From Andalucia godoyi And28 (lineage: Eukaryota > Protista > Jakobida), in NCBI GenBank assembly GCA_009859145.1, contig VRVR01000032.1, positions 28,854 through 92,853 on the forward strand: DNA of 64,000 bases, given 5' to 3'. This document shows positions 31,826 through 42,965 of the stretch, piece by piece; position 1 is the stretch's first letter, and each line of letters begins with the position of its first letter. The notes beneath the pieces were generated by a model. It was given only the letters and a program-made list of their open reading frames with translations, was not told where the DNA came from and ran no database searches. The translations under genes were made by a program, and so were the position numbers.

Positions 31826-33235
31826 TTACTGTTGCGCGCACTGAACACGAGGACCTGCTCCGCCTTCTTCTTCGTCGTCCTCGTCGTAAGCCTGGCCACC
31901 GCGTCCCCTGCTTCCGCCATTTCCTCCTGGTGTTCGGTCATCGCGAGAAAACAGCTTCAGCTCGGCATCCTCCGTATCCTTGAGTTCCGCAGGAGACAAG
32001 ACGGTCTTGCCTCCAAGCAGCTGAATAAGCAACGCAGCCTGCTGGTCGCCGATCGACTTCGGGAAGTCAATGGTGAAACGGACGAACAAGTTGCCGCGCT
32101 CAAACGGTGATCCGTGTCTGGGCATACCCTCTCCGTGGATGGTGCGGATTTCGCTGGGCTGAATGACGTTACCCTTTGGAGACCTGCAAACCAGCTTTCT
32201 TCCGTCCAGATGGGTGACCAGGAATTCGGCGCCCGTCAAAGCATCCGCAAGCGAGATCGACTTTTCGATGACAAGATCGTTTCCTTGTCTCTTGAACAAC
32301 TTGTGCTCCTGCTGCTCAATAACCAGCACGACATCGCCCGGCTGCAGATCCGGTGTCTGATCGGCCTCTCCAGAAAACTTGAGCTTCTGGCCGTTGGACA
32401 TGCCCTTATCGACATTGACTTCAAGGATCTTTTTCTCCTGCACAACCTTGTCTCCCTTGCACTCCGTGCACCTGAACTTCGAGTCGATCGACTTGCCCTG
32501 TCCTTTGCACTCCTGGCAAGCAGCCTGTACCTGCTGCGCAATTCCAGGTCCGATTCGCTGCACGAACACCTTGAATCCCTGGCCATTGCACCCAGCGCAA
32601 GTCTTGACAGCATCCGCCTTTGATGCGCCGATTCCAGAGCAGGTCTGGCAGATCCGCGAACGAGTAATCGCAAGCTTACGAGTAGCACCATTGTACAACT
32701 CCTCCAAAGTAACCTTCAACGCAAAGGTGATGTCGTCCGACTTTGCAGGTCCACGACGACCGCGTCCGCCTCCGAACATTCCGCCTCCGAACAATGAGCT
32801 GAAAAGATCGTCTGCTCCTGAAAAGCCACCGGCCCCAGGTCCGCCTCCCTTCAAAGCCTCTTCGCCGTACTGGTCATACAAACGGCGCTTCTCCGCATCC
32901 TGAAGAACTTCATACGCCATCGAAATCTCCTTGAACTTGTCGCCGGCCTCGGGATTCTTATCCGGATGGAACTGCATCGCCAGCTTTCGGTACGCCTACA
33001 GACAGCAACGACGACAACAAAACAAAAAACAAAACAAAAAGAAGGAAGAAAAGAAGAGGAGGGAAAAAACAATGCACAATTAGTCATCAGGTTGCTCAGT
33101 CAAGAATCCAAAAGACGACAACAATTATAGCAATGCAAACGCTCGGAAAACGCTCGGAAAGCATACCTTTTTGATTTCGCCATCAGAGGCGTCCTTCGAG
33201 ACACCAAGAATGTCGTAAAGTCTGGTATCAGGCAT
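31826..33235 (-). CDS. DNAJA: Type I Hsp40 (DNAJA/Ydj1), two exons: 33167-33235 and 31826-32995
   Basis: J domain with HPD split by a GTATGC...TAG intron (32996-33166), G/F region, four CxxCxGxG-type repeats, CaaX CAQQ. Confidence 0.96.
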
Positions 33236-33672
33236 TTGCAATATTGACACAGGAAAAGACGGTCCAAGAAGTGAGTATCCGCCAGTGCACAAAATACATG
33301 AAGAGAAAGAGAGAGAGAGAGAGAGAGAAAAGAAGGGAGAAAAATAAACGAAAAGGAAAAAACGAAAAGGAAAGAAAGACAGGAGTCACAGAAGCAAAAA
33401 AGGGACGGAATTGATGAATGGAGAGCGAAGAACGGTGATTTGATTCAAGGTCCCGCATGGTGATGATGTCATCAAGGCCAAGCCCCGAGGAGCCCAGCAT
33501 CAATTGAATGTTTCCCACATCCACTTGAGCTACAGTACTTTGCATCGAAATTAAACACGATAAGAACCGTTCAATAGTTTTGGTCAACGCTTCCACTGCA
33601 CACTAACCACGGATAATCATCGCTGATCACCCATAATCAATGCTGCACCCCAACAAAATGCACAGCATGATT

Positions 33673-33736
33673 GGGAAGGGGGGTAGGCCCCAACACGCCC
33701 CTCGGCATGAGCGACGTTCCCAAGATAGATGTTGCG
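33673..33736 (-). mobile_element. Decayed repeat family copy C
   Basis: Minus strand shares AACATCTATCT and GCGTGTTGGGGCCTAyCCCC..TTCCC with copy A; reads RNIYL...RVGAYP. Confidence 0.55.
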
Positions 33737-34215
33737 TTGCATGGACAATAAAAATAAAAATAAAGAAATGGAACGAGCGTCGCTGTGCGGGAATGCAACG
33801 CGGCGGCGTATGTATAGGGATTTCATGATCAAAATGGGGCCAAACGAATCGTGCATCGTGTGACGGAGCTGCTAAGATAGCAAACGCGTGCGCATGCGCA
33901 TGGTGCGTGGCAATGGTTCTGTTTTACGTGCGCTTTAGATTGCTTCATCATATCGCAATAGGTGGCAACGGTTTCGACTTCTTTTACATTTTTGTTTTAT
34001 CATTTTTTAATTATTTTTTTATTATGGCGTTTGAGATTCTTGTCGTTGCATTTCACCCAACAAAAAACCTGTGGGTGCTAGTGGATTCCATTGGATACTG
34101 ATCAGGTGACCTAGCTCGAGTATTGGATCCGCACGCGGCACATTTCGTCGTCGTTGTTGTCGCTGCTGCGGTTGTTGTTCGCTGTTCATTACGCGTTCGG
34201 AGCATTGGTTGAACG

Positions 34216-34683
34216 ATGGATCAAAGCGGATTTTCACGTTTGCTGAGCAGCAGTGCTTCATCATGTCGAGCTCCTCTGAATGAAGACCACATTCGAATGC
34301 TTTCAAAACACTTGTTTGAAAAGATATCCGTGTATTTTGTGTCGGACAGCAACGAACTGCGGGAAAGGATCGTGCAGGAACAAATGCACTCGAGAGAAAA
34401 GAGGAAGTTCTTGGAGGAAATGTGCAAGAAGCAATTGGAAGACGCTCGGATTGCGTTTAAAGTGCAACTCGACGACGAACTTCGGAAGCAAAAGGAAACC
34501 ATTTATCGCGAGATAGAACGGCAGATGAATGAGAAAATGCATGCTCAGTTGAAGAAGATCTTGGATGAACTGCGTCACCTGCGGGAGGAGTATGAAGCTT
34601 TAAAGTCAAGGGTTGTTGCGATTGGAACTGAGCTTTCAGATGAAGCACTTCTGCGCAGGATTTTCGAAGAAATGAGCAAATGA
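34216..34683 (+). CDS. Hypothetical coiled-coil protein (155 aa), stop abuts next ATG
   Basis: E/K/R/L-rich helical ORF. Confidence 0.65.
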   Translation: MDQSGFSRLLSSSASSCRAPLNEDHIRMLSKHLFEKISVYFVSDSNELRERIVQEQMHSREKRKFLEEMCKKQLEDARIAFKVQLDDELRKQKETIYREIERQMNEKMHAQLKKILDELRHLREEYEALKSRVVAIGTELSDEALLRRIFEEMSK

Positions 34684-36069
34684 ATGCCTGTTTCACCAGA
34701 AATGGCTCTGAAGCTGCTGGAAGAAAACAAGGAGCTTAAAGACATGGTTGTTCGCCAGCAACGGCATATCTATGCGCTGAAGGAACGGATTGCGGAACTC
34801 GAAGCGCTGCTTCCTTCCCTCATGAGCGAGCTTGATTTGCTGCGAGCCAAGCAGCAAGAATTGGAAGCAATGGTGCAGAGCTTGCAAGGTCAGGTAGCTG
34901 GACTGGAGGATCAGAATTCGTCTCTGCGAAAGAAGTTGCTGGACGAGCAGAGCAAAGTTGCAGAATTGCAGAGAGGAGTGTTGAAATTGCAACAGGAGAA
35001 GAAGCAGTTGGAATTACGGCTTGCAAATGCCGAGAAATCCATCAAGCTGCTCACGGACAAAATCCACGACATGGCAGACTTGCGGAGCAGCAATGATGAG
35101 CAACTGCTACAACAAGCGGATATGTTTGATGCAATCATTGCCATCAAGAACGCGGAGATTCAGCATCTCCATGCTACTCTCCAAGAACTGCGCCAGTATG
35201 TATGGAATGTCGATGATATGTACACCTTCAAATTTCGAGGGGTTTTGCATGGTGACGCTGACCCGGAAAAGATCCCGAGTAGTGCCATCCCGAACTCGAC
35301 GAGATCGCTGGTTGAAATGGACCAGCGGCTGGCCATTCGATTGTCTTCGCGCCCGGTCTCACCCAATTCTGGATCGCAATGCGACGCCCTGTCTTCATTT
35401 GCCTCTCGAAACCCATCCCGCGTTCCATCTGTCTCCACCACGCCTCGAACTGCGCGAAGTCCCAGGTCATCGAGCCCTCGTGTCCCAATGTCGACCCTCC
35501 CTGTCAATGCAAACATTAATTCGATGATCAATTCTGCGCGCAAAAACTACGAAGTGCATCAATTGATCCATGTCGACCACTCCGAAGGACTAGCTGCAGC
35601 AAAAGACACGAGTAAGAAGATCAAGAGCCATGAGACAGAGCTTGGGAGGGATCTTCGCGGAGAAGGACACGAGTCTTCGCCGCCACCGTCGCGGAAGACG
35701 CCTTCTGTGAACACTCGCGACCAGATTGCGATACCGTTGCTCGCATTGCACAAGGTTAAGCCACCGGCAATTTCTCCTCCGAGTTCATCGCGCGAGAATC
35801 CAGCCCCCTCGTTTCGATCAATAAGCACCATAGCATCGCAGGTCTCCTCTGCGGTCCCCACAACTGAGACTGGAGTCCCAACATCCAGAAGGACAACCCC
35901 GCGGACAGCCGAACCGAATCTCAAAGATCTCGATCCACAGTTCGAATCGTTCTTGCGCAGCAAGCTTCAAGCAGCGCTCGCCTTCGAAGGGGACTCACGC
36001 GGCGCCGTCCCTGAACGGCCTGCTGGAGAAAAGCCGGTGTCCCAAGCTCGTCGTCTGGTCTCGAGATGA
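34684..36069 (+). CDS. Hypothetical coiled-coil protein (461 aa) with disordered Ser/Pro-rich tail
   Basis: Long heptad region in the N-terminal 170 aa. Confidence 0.75.
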   Translation: MPVSPEMALKLLEENKELKDMVVRQQRHIYALKERIAELEALLPSLMSELDLLRAKQQELEAMVQSLQGQVAGLEDQNSSLRKKLLDEQSKVAELQRGVLKLQQEKKQLELRLANAEKSIKLLTDKIHDMADLRSSNDEQLLQQADMFDAIIAIKNAEIQHLHATLQELRQYVWNVDDMYTFKFRGVLHGDADPEKIPSSAIPNSTRSLVEMDQRLAIRLSSRPVSPNSGSQCDALSSFASRNPSRVPSVSTTPRTARSPRSSSPRVPMSTLPVNANINSMINSARKNYEVHQLIHVDHSEGLAAAKDTSKKIKSHETELGRDLRGEGHESSPPPSRKTPSVNTRDQIAIPLLALHKVKPPAISPPSSSRENPAPSFRSISTIASQVSSAVPTTETGVPTSRRTTPRTAEPNLKDLDPQFESFLRSKLQAALAFEGDSRGAVPERPAGEKPVSQARRLVSR

Positions 36070-36334
36070 TCAAAATGACCGCGCATTTGTGCGGTAACAA
36101 AACCAGCCAACCATACTATTATTTATCAACCCAAAGAAATTCCACTGCGAATCATCGAATAGAAACTGGAAACAAAAATTCTTGATTTCAAGAAAGGAAT
36201 TAAAGAAGCATTGAAGTTTTAAATTTTAAATTTTAATTTTAAATAAAAATAAAATACAAATACAAAAATAAAAATAAAAATTGGACATCATCTATGCAGA
36301 AACAAAGATCTTCTCCAATATCTTTAGGCAACTC

Positions 36335-37921
36335 TTAACGGGTGGACAGAATGCGATCCTTGTTCATCATCGCAATAATCATTTGGCGACGATGCTCCGG
36401 ATTGGAGGTGTCAAACAGTACAGGATCGAATCCGTGCGCAGGAGGGCAGTATGCAGAACCAGGGCGGCTTGTCCGTGCCAACTGAGCTCCTGAACTATTC
36501 CGAGATGGCACACGGGGAGTATTTCGCAGCAACCCGTTATTCTTGCGAAGCGCATCTTCGGCGACGATGTTGATGTCTGGAGCCTGAGGATCGGAAAGCA
36601 GGGAGAACCCAAGCTCTCGAGAGTACATCCCATTTCGAGAGCCTGTGCGTTCTTCTCGGTTTCGAGAAATCTCGTCCTCCAACCTTTCGATCATCCTATG
36701 GGACGCCGGAGAAGACATAATTGGATCCGACTTTCCCAGATGGAACGATCCGGTGCGCGCCGGGCGAAACTTGCGTACCTGCGTACCGTGCAGCGACTGG
36801 ATGGCCCTGCTAGACACGCTTCTCTTGGAGAGATCTGCGGTATCATCATCTCCGGATAGATCTGTGGAAGCGAGGGGAAACCTCTGACCAAAGGACACAC
36901 TCGGCCCAATGGACGGAGATTGGCGCGGCCTCTCCAGAATGTAGTGGGATGCAGTTGACGGCGGCGGCGACACTGCTCGCTGCGAATCACGGTGCGAAGA
37001 GGGAACTAAAAAACCAACCTTTCGCGGTGTTTTCGGACGGCGAGGAGCTCGAGACTGTGAAAAGGATCCTCTGGGAGAAATGGACTTTGGGAACGAATAG
37101 ACAACGGAGTCAGGATTTCGCAAGCCAGAGTACATTCCATCCACAAAACAAGGGGACTCTTCTTGCAATCCCGTTTCTTGAGAATTCACTACAAACGCAA
37201 TGTCTTCGGCTTTTCGGAATGTCTCCTGTACACGCGACACCGTCTTTTGGAGCCTTTTGATCTCTGCGAGTTCTCCTCGCGCGGAGAGTCGTTCCCACAC
37301 AGGCAGCGAATCGATCTTCTTTTCGAGGAGCAAAACCTTCTCCTGGAACAGTCTTTCTGTTTTATGGTCAGCGCTTGGTCCAGCGCGCAGCAGCTTGCTC
37401 AAATTCAGCTTTGGAACGATTGCGAGATCCGCCGACAAAGCGCTGGTCCTTCTCGAACGACCCGACGACGCCGGTCGCGTGGCGGCATCAGGTGGTGCCT
37501 GTGGGATCGACCTTATGAACAGAACATCCAGATGCGCTGCATTCTTGTCCTTTACGGTCCCGTTTGACGCGTGAGAAGGATCCACAGCTTTCTGCAAAGC
37601 AAGTCCGCTCCTGCTCTGCTCATCACCATCACCACGAACAGCAGCCTTGCTGTCTTTGATGTACTTTCGAAGATCTGGATTTGCAATGGGCACCGAAGAG
37701 GACACAAGGAGCGAATACTGGTTAGTACCAGGCATTGTCGAGGTCATCTGCGTCTGCGAAGCAGATGCAGATGCAGATGCAGAGGAGGCTTGTAAGGCTT
37801 CGGATTTGGGAGAGGGAGGAATAAGTAAGTGTTCCACAGAGAGCTCTGCGGGCTGTTCGGCGCTCCGCCATGGTCCATGCATGCCAGCAGACCACGGCCT
37901 GCTGCGTCGAGAGCTCAACAT
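36335..37921 (-). CDS. Hypothetical Ser/Arg-rich protein
   Basis: About 528-aa ORF; no family recognised; start uncertain. Confidence 0.7.
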   Translation of the reverse strand: MLSSRRSRPWSAGMHGPWRSAEQPAELSVEHLLIPPSPKSEALQASSASASASASQTQMTSTMPGTNQYSLLVSSSVPIANPDLRKYIKDSKAAVRGDGDEQSRSGLALQKAVDPSHASNGTVKDKNAAHLDVLFIRSIPQAPPDAATRPASSGRSRRTSALSADLAIVPKLNLSKLLRAGPSADHKTERLFQEKVLLLEKKIDSLPVWERLSARGELAEIKRLQKTVSRVQETFRKAEDIAFVVNSQETGLQEESPCFVDGMYSGLRNPDSVVYSFPKSISPRGSFSQSRAPRRPKTPRKVGFLVPSSHRDSQRAVSPPPSTASHYILERPRQSPSIGPSVSFGQRFPLASTDLSGDDDTADLSKRSVSSRAIQSLHGTQVRKFRPARTGSFHLGKSDPIMSSPASHRMIERLEDEISRNREERTGSRNGMYSRELGFSLLSDPQAPDINIVAEDALRKNNGLLRNTPRVPSRNSSGAQLARTSRPGSAYCPPAHGFDPVLFDTSNPEHRRQMIIAMMNKDRILSTR

Positions 37922-38268
37922 CAGGCCAATATTACCAAAATTGCACTCGGAAGCATTGGGGGGAAACCGCCAAAACAAAACAAAATCGACATTTCCAAGT
38001 TTTTAAAAACCAAATTGAAACTGCAAAGAAACACCTGAGTAAACATCGTTAGTAGTAGTTTCCAATAATCAAAAAGCGGGCATTTTCACTGAATAACGGT
38101 GATCAGTATAATGTGCAGCAGCTGGAAGCACTACTGTAACATCACGTGTCATCGATAATCACCGGTAGCCGATTCCTTTTTCTTTTATGTTTCTGTGTTC
38201 ACATTTTCAACCCTCCAACCCAAACCGTATCTCCAGTTGCATCAATCGCTGCAACTGAGGACACGAAA

Positions 38269-38416
38269 GCGCCTGCTGCTAGGGCCGTCAGCATCAAAAT
38301 GCACCCTTCTCAGGAACAACGTGAGGCGTGCTGGGGCCTATCCCCTTCCCGGCAACGGGATGCAAAACTGGATATGCATGTCTATTCGTAGATATGCATG
38401 TTCAGTGTGCAATGTA
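38269..38416 (+). mobile_element. Decayed repeat family copy B
   Basis: About 92% identical to copy A over 146 nt, lacking 76 nt; reads ARAVSIKMHPSQEQR; hairpins at 38347-38360 and 38367-38406. Confidence 0.65.
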
Positions 38417-38694
38417 CGCGATTCAAAAATGAGGTCTCACTCTCAAAACATCCGACTTGACACTCAGCATCAAGGCTCAAGCCATCCATCTTTTTCGTTC
38501 TTTTCGTCTCTCTTTGCGTGTTCCTTGGAGCCCTTTTGGAGGAAAGGGGCTTCGTTTTTTTCACAGTTGTTTTTCATCTTTCAAAATTCAAATGCACACT
38601 TTGCGATAATCTTCTCTTGATTTTGTTAGTGTTATCATTATTATTATTGATTTTACAAAATTTAAAGGGTTCCTGTTGAAAACTTGCTTGAATC

Positions 38695-38962
38695 ATGTTG
38701 GATAATTATCATGTGTTGGAGCTCATTGGAGAAGGCTCGTTTGGCAAAGTATACAAAGGCCGCAGAAAAGGATGTGGCCAAATCGTCGCCATGAAGTTCA
38801 TCAACAAGTCAGGCAAGTCGGAAAGAGATGTCCGTTCTCTGCGATCTGAAATCGAGATCTTACGCGGTCTTGACCACTCTTCGATCATCATGCTTCTGGA
38901 CTCTTTTGAAACCAAGAATGAATTTGTCGGTATGTGTCCTCTGGCTGGAATTATCCGTTTGA

Positions 38963-38993
<31 letters not shown>

Positions 38994-41900
38994 TATTTTT
39001 ATTTTTTTTAAATTTGAATGTTGTTATTTTTCTTTCCCTGGGCTGTGCTGATCGTAATCATGTTTTCTGTTTTCTTTATTACTTGGAACTAGTTGTTATG
39101 GAATATGCACAGGGCGAACTTTTCCAGATTCTCGAAGATGATAAGAAGCTGCCTGAGGCAGAAATCAGAAGAATAGCAGTGCAGCTGGTCCGGGCGCTGC
39201 ATTACTTGCATTCTCATCGGATTATCCACCGCGATATGAAGCCACAGAATATTCTAATTGGTGCAGACGGTGCAATTAAGCTGTGTGATTTTGGATTCGC
39301 ACGAGCCATGTCGAATAACACTCTTGTGTTGACATCCATCAAAGGAACACCGCTGTATATGGCCCCTGAATTAGTGCAGGAACAGCCGTATAACCACACG
39401 GTGGATTTATGGAGTCTAGGTGTTATTTTGTATGAGTTGTATGTAGGACTGCCTCCGTTTTACACCAACAACATCTACAACCTGATTCAGATGATTCTGC
39501 GAGATTCTGTCAAGTATCCGAGCACCATGTCTTCCGAATTCCAGTCCTTCTTGCAAGGGCTATTGACCAAGTCTGCGAAGAAACGCCTTGATTGGCCAAA
39601 GCTGCTTGATCATCCTTTCGTCTCTGGAATTCCGCCGACCGAACAGCAGTACTTGAAATCTCTCGAGGAGAAGTATTTTTCTATGAGACAACGCATGCTC
39701 AAGATGGTTCAACAGTTCAATGGAAGCAATGGCGTCGTCAAGGATGCCGCCCCCAAGGCTACGGCCGCGCGCGAGAACTCTAATGTTCCGAAGGCAGCCT
39801 CGATGGAGATGGACATGGATCTTGCAGTGCATCCAAGACCGTTTAGTCCGCAGGATCAACTGTTGTCCCAGCAGCAACAGGCGGCGAACCGTCCAAACTC
39901 CGCAATGCCCTTTATTGCCAACAAGCGACCAACTTCTGCCAATCCGCCAACGTCTCAGCAGCCACAGCCACAGCCACAACAACCGCAGACCGGATCTACG
40001 AATCGCATCGTCGATTCGCCCAGAGCTCCGCAATATGGACGATTTGAAAAGATCATGTTGAATGTCCTGGATCCAAAGAATTGCCTAATGGTGTGCCGAG
40101 ACTCTGATTCGGTGGACGTGATCTTGAAGTATTTGCAAAACGAAACTTCAAAGCAGCCCTGGTCGAAAGATGTGGCGCTTTTGAACGAATTTGATGCGTG
40201 CCTCACTATCTTGCAGCGCATTCTCGCTATTCCGTTTTCAGGTAGCCCGCTCGAATCCAAAATGGAGCATATAATCCAATCGATTATCTTGGCCATGAGG
40301 ACGGCGTTGAGTGGCTGTGGTTCCCAAGATGCATCCTCTGCTCAGCAATCACAAGGTGCATTGCGGAGCTTGCTGCTGACTTGCGAAAGCGCTGCAATGA
40401 ATTGCCCGCTGGAAATGCAAGAAAATATTCTGGGCGTACAAGTCTTGCAGTTTGCGCTGCCGCTCTTCTTTTCAAAGAACAATCTATGTAAGCAATTCAA
40501 CATTACCTCGGAATGTCTGAGGCTTCTGGTGGCCCTGAGCGTGCAATCGCAGCGGTTTGCCGGGTTTTTCGAACGCGTCTACAGTGCTTTCGCCGCGCAG
40601 AATGGCATTGCAAAGCTCGCGGATCTCTGTGAAAGTCCGGTTCCCGCAGAGGTGTCCAGTTCGCTGACGTTACTGGCGCACCTTGTCCATCCCGTCGATT
40701 GCGAAACCGTGGTTGTGTTTCCGTACTCGTCGTTGACATCCACTGGTCTCTCATTTTCTAGCACGAGCTCTCGATCGCGATCGCGTCGAATTTCTCAAGA
40801 AAATGTCATTGACGTGGATTGCTCTCGACTATGCTCTCGCCTAGATGAAAAGCTGCGCGGCCCCCTCATGGAATATCAACGGAAAATCATTTCGGCGATT
40901 CTCAGTGCTAACAACAAGAGCACGAATGTCGATTTTTCAGCCCGCATTCTCTTCCAACTTATCCAATTGGGAAGCAATGCTTCCCAGTCGTCGTCATCAC
41001 CAACTCTAGACTCAGATCTTTCTTTTGGCGGCAAGTCTGCCGGGGGACAGGATTTCGATGTGTTGTCGAACGCGGCTGTTTTTGAGTTCCTTGTGTCTGC
41101 CGCAGTCCAGAAAGTCAAGAGCTTGCATGAGGCGCAGAAGGTGGATGCTGCTCTTGTTTTGTGTTTGCTGGCGTTGTCAAGAATGGAAATGGATGCAAAG
41201 AAACTGAATCTTGACCGCTCCGTTTTTGAGCGCCTAACGTCTGTGACATCCCAATTGATGAAAGGCGACGACATCATTTTGAAGAGCGCATCGTCCATGG
41301 TGGTTGGCAAAATGATGGAGAATAGCATGCTTGCTGTTCGCGGATCGGTTGCCAAGCAGTCCTATTTGCGGGACTTTTCAGAAAAACTGTCGGCACTGTT
41401 TGCAGCAGATTTCAGTGAGCAATCGGTTGTGGCGATGCGTCCCGAGGGTTTTTCTTATGGATTTGCCCAGTACGGCTTTGCGGATGGCTGGTTCTCTCTG
41501 TTCTCAAGATTCTCGCAAGGCTTGGATAATCCTTCCGATGTCGTCACGTGCATCATCAAATCGCCGTCTTTCTTTGCGGAACTTTCGCCTGCATACTTGA
41601 TTCAATGCCTGCGGTATCTCTATGAGAGCATTCCTTTCGACACGTACTTGTTCGATCCCAGGTGTGTTTCCGTTTTGATGGCCTTTTTTTCTCCAACGGT
41701 TCTTACCAACTGGCTGCGATGGCCATCTAGCCGAGGCGGGCCAGAAGTTGGGCAGGAAATCTGCACTCGCATTCTGTCCATATTCTTTTTGCCATTTGGG
41801 TCCACCACGCAGCTGTCTCCAGATCGTGTTCACTCGTATATGTCTATTCTTTCCGAGTCCCGCATTACAGATTCGCTCTTGTATTATCTGTCCAAGTTTC

Positions 41901-42751
41901 TCAGAGATCAATTTCCCGTGTCTGCGTGGGAGCTTCCAGTCAATTTGCTTTCGCGATTGGTCTTGCAAGAAGGGGATTTCGGAGATCAGTTCATGCGAGG
42001 AGTTCGTGAATTCTTTCTTCCCCCGTCTGTATTCACGCAGATTTGCCTGCAGCCGTCGGTTCCAGTCGGCTTGATTGTCGACACACTCCTCATTCTCTCT
42101 CAGCTCGCCCGGGTGTCCAAGGAGAACTATCCGTTTCTGGACGAATTGCGGATTGTCAGCCTTTTGACGGCCTTGTTTGACCACCCGTCTCCGTCAGTGG
42201 CATCCAAATCATGCAATCTTGTGGGTAACTTGTGCAGACACTCCGACTTTTTCTACTCGCACATCGGGTCGACGGATATGATTGATCGTCTGCTGAAGTG
42301 TTGTTCTCACTCGGATTCGAACACCAGGAAGTTCGCATGCTTTGCTGTTGGAAATGCAGCATTTTATCACGCGCTGTTGTACCCGCGATTGAAAACATGC
42401 ATTCCAGGAATGATTGCTTTGCTTTCCGACACTGAGGAGAAGACCCGGGCCAATGCTGCAGGTGCTCTTGGAAATTTCGTTCGCAATTCCGACAGCATTT
42501 TGGACGACATGATTGAACAGGGAACAATCAAGGCGCTGATGGCGTGCCTGTCGGATTCGAGTTCTTCTGTTCGACGGATTGCGTTGTTTTCTCTCGGGAA
42601 TTTCTGCAATTATGAGCGATCTCGGACCGCGTTGAAAACAGCGGATTTTCTTTCACGGTTAGACTCGTACATGAAGGTGCCCGAGAACGCCGCGGACAAG
42701 ACTGTCATGAAATTTGTTGACCGCATTCGTGCAAAGTTGGCAAAGAGTTGA
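38695..42751 (+). CDS. STK36: Fused/STK36-like kinase with C-terminal ARM/HEAT repeats, two exons: 38695-38929 and 39093-42751
   Basis: [41 protein letters not shown]-terminal [13 protein letters not shown]; phase-1 GTATGT...TAG intron 38930-39092. Confidence 0.93.
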
Positions 42752-42965
42752 AAAGACCAAAAGGGGCTGCACCTTGCTCGTCTTTTTTTTTGTTTTTGTT
42801 TTTGTTTTTGTTTTTGTTTTTGAATTACTTTTATTATCATTATCATCATTTCCCCTTCCTAATTTAAGTTTTTTATTTTTTATTTTCATTATTTCATTAT
42901 TTTAATTGTTAAATTAAACAAACACACACAAACACATCCGATCAACGATGATGATCTTGTCGACG

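Noticed and set aside
33400-33630. Box C/D snoRNA upstream of DNAJA
   Set aside because: TGATGA motifs are present, but there is no properly spaced CTGA with a terminal stem and no recognisable rRNA guide
34681-34683. TGA as selenocysteine or a reassigned codon
   Set aside because: TGA terminates many well-supported genes here, the context is not a redox motif, and no SECIS-like hairpin was recognised downstream
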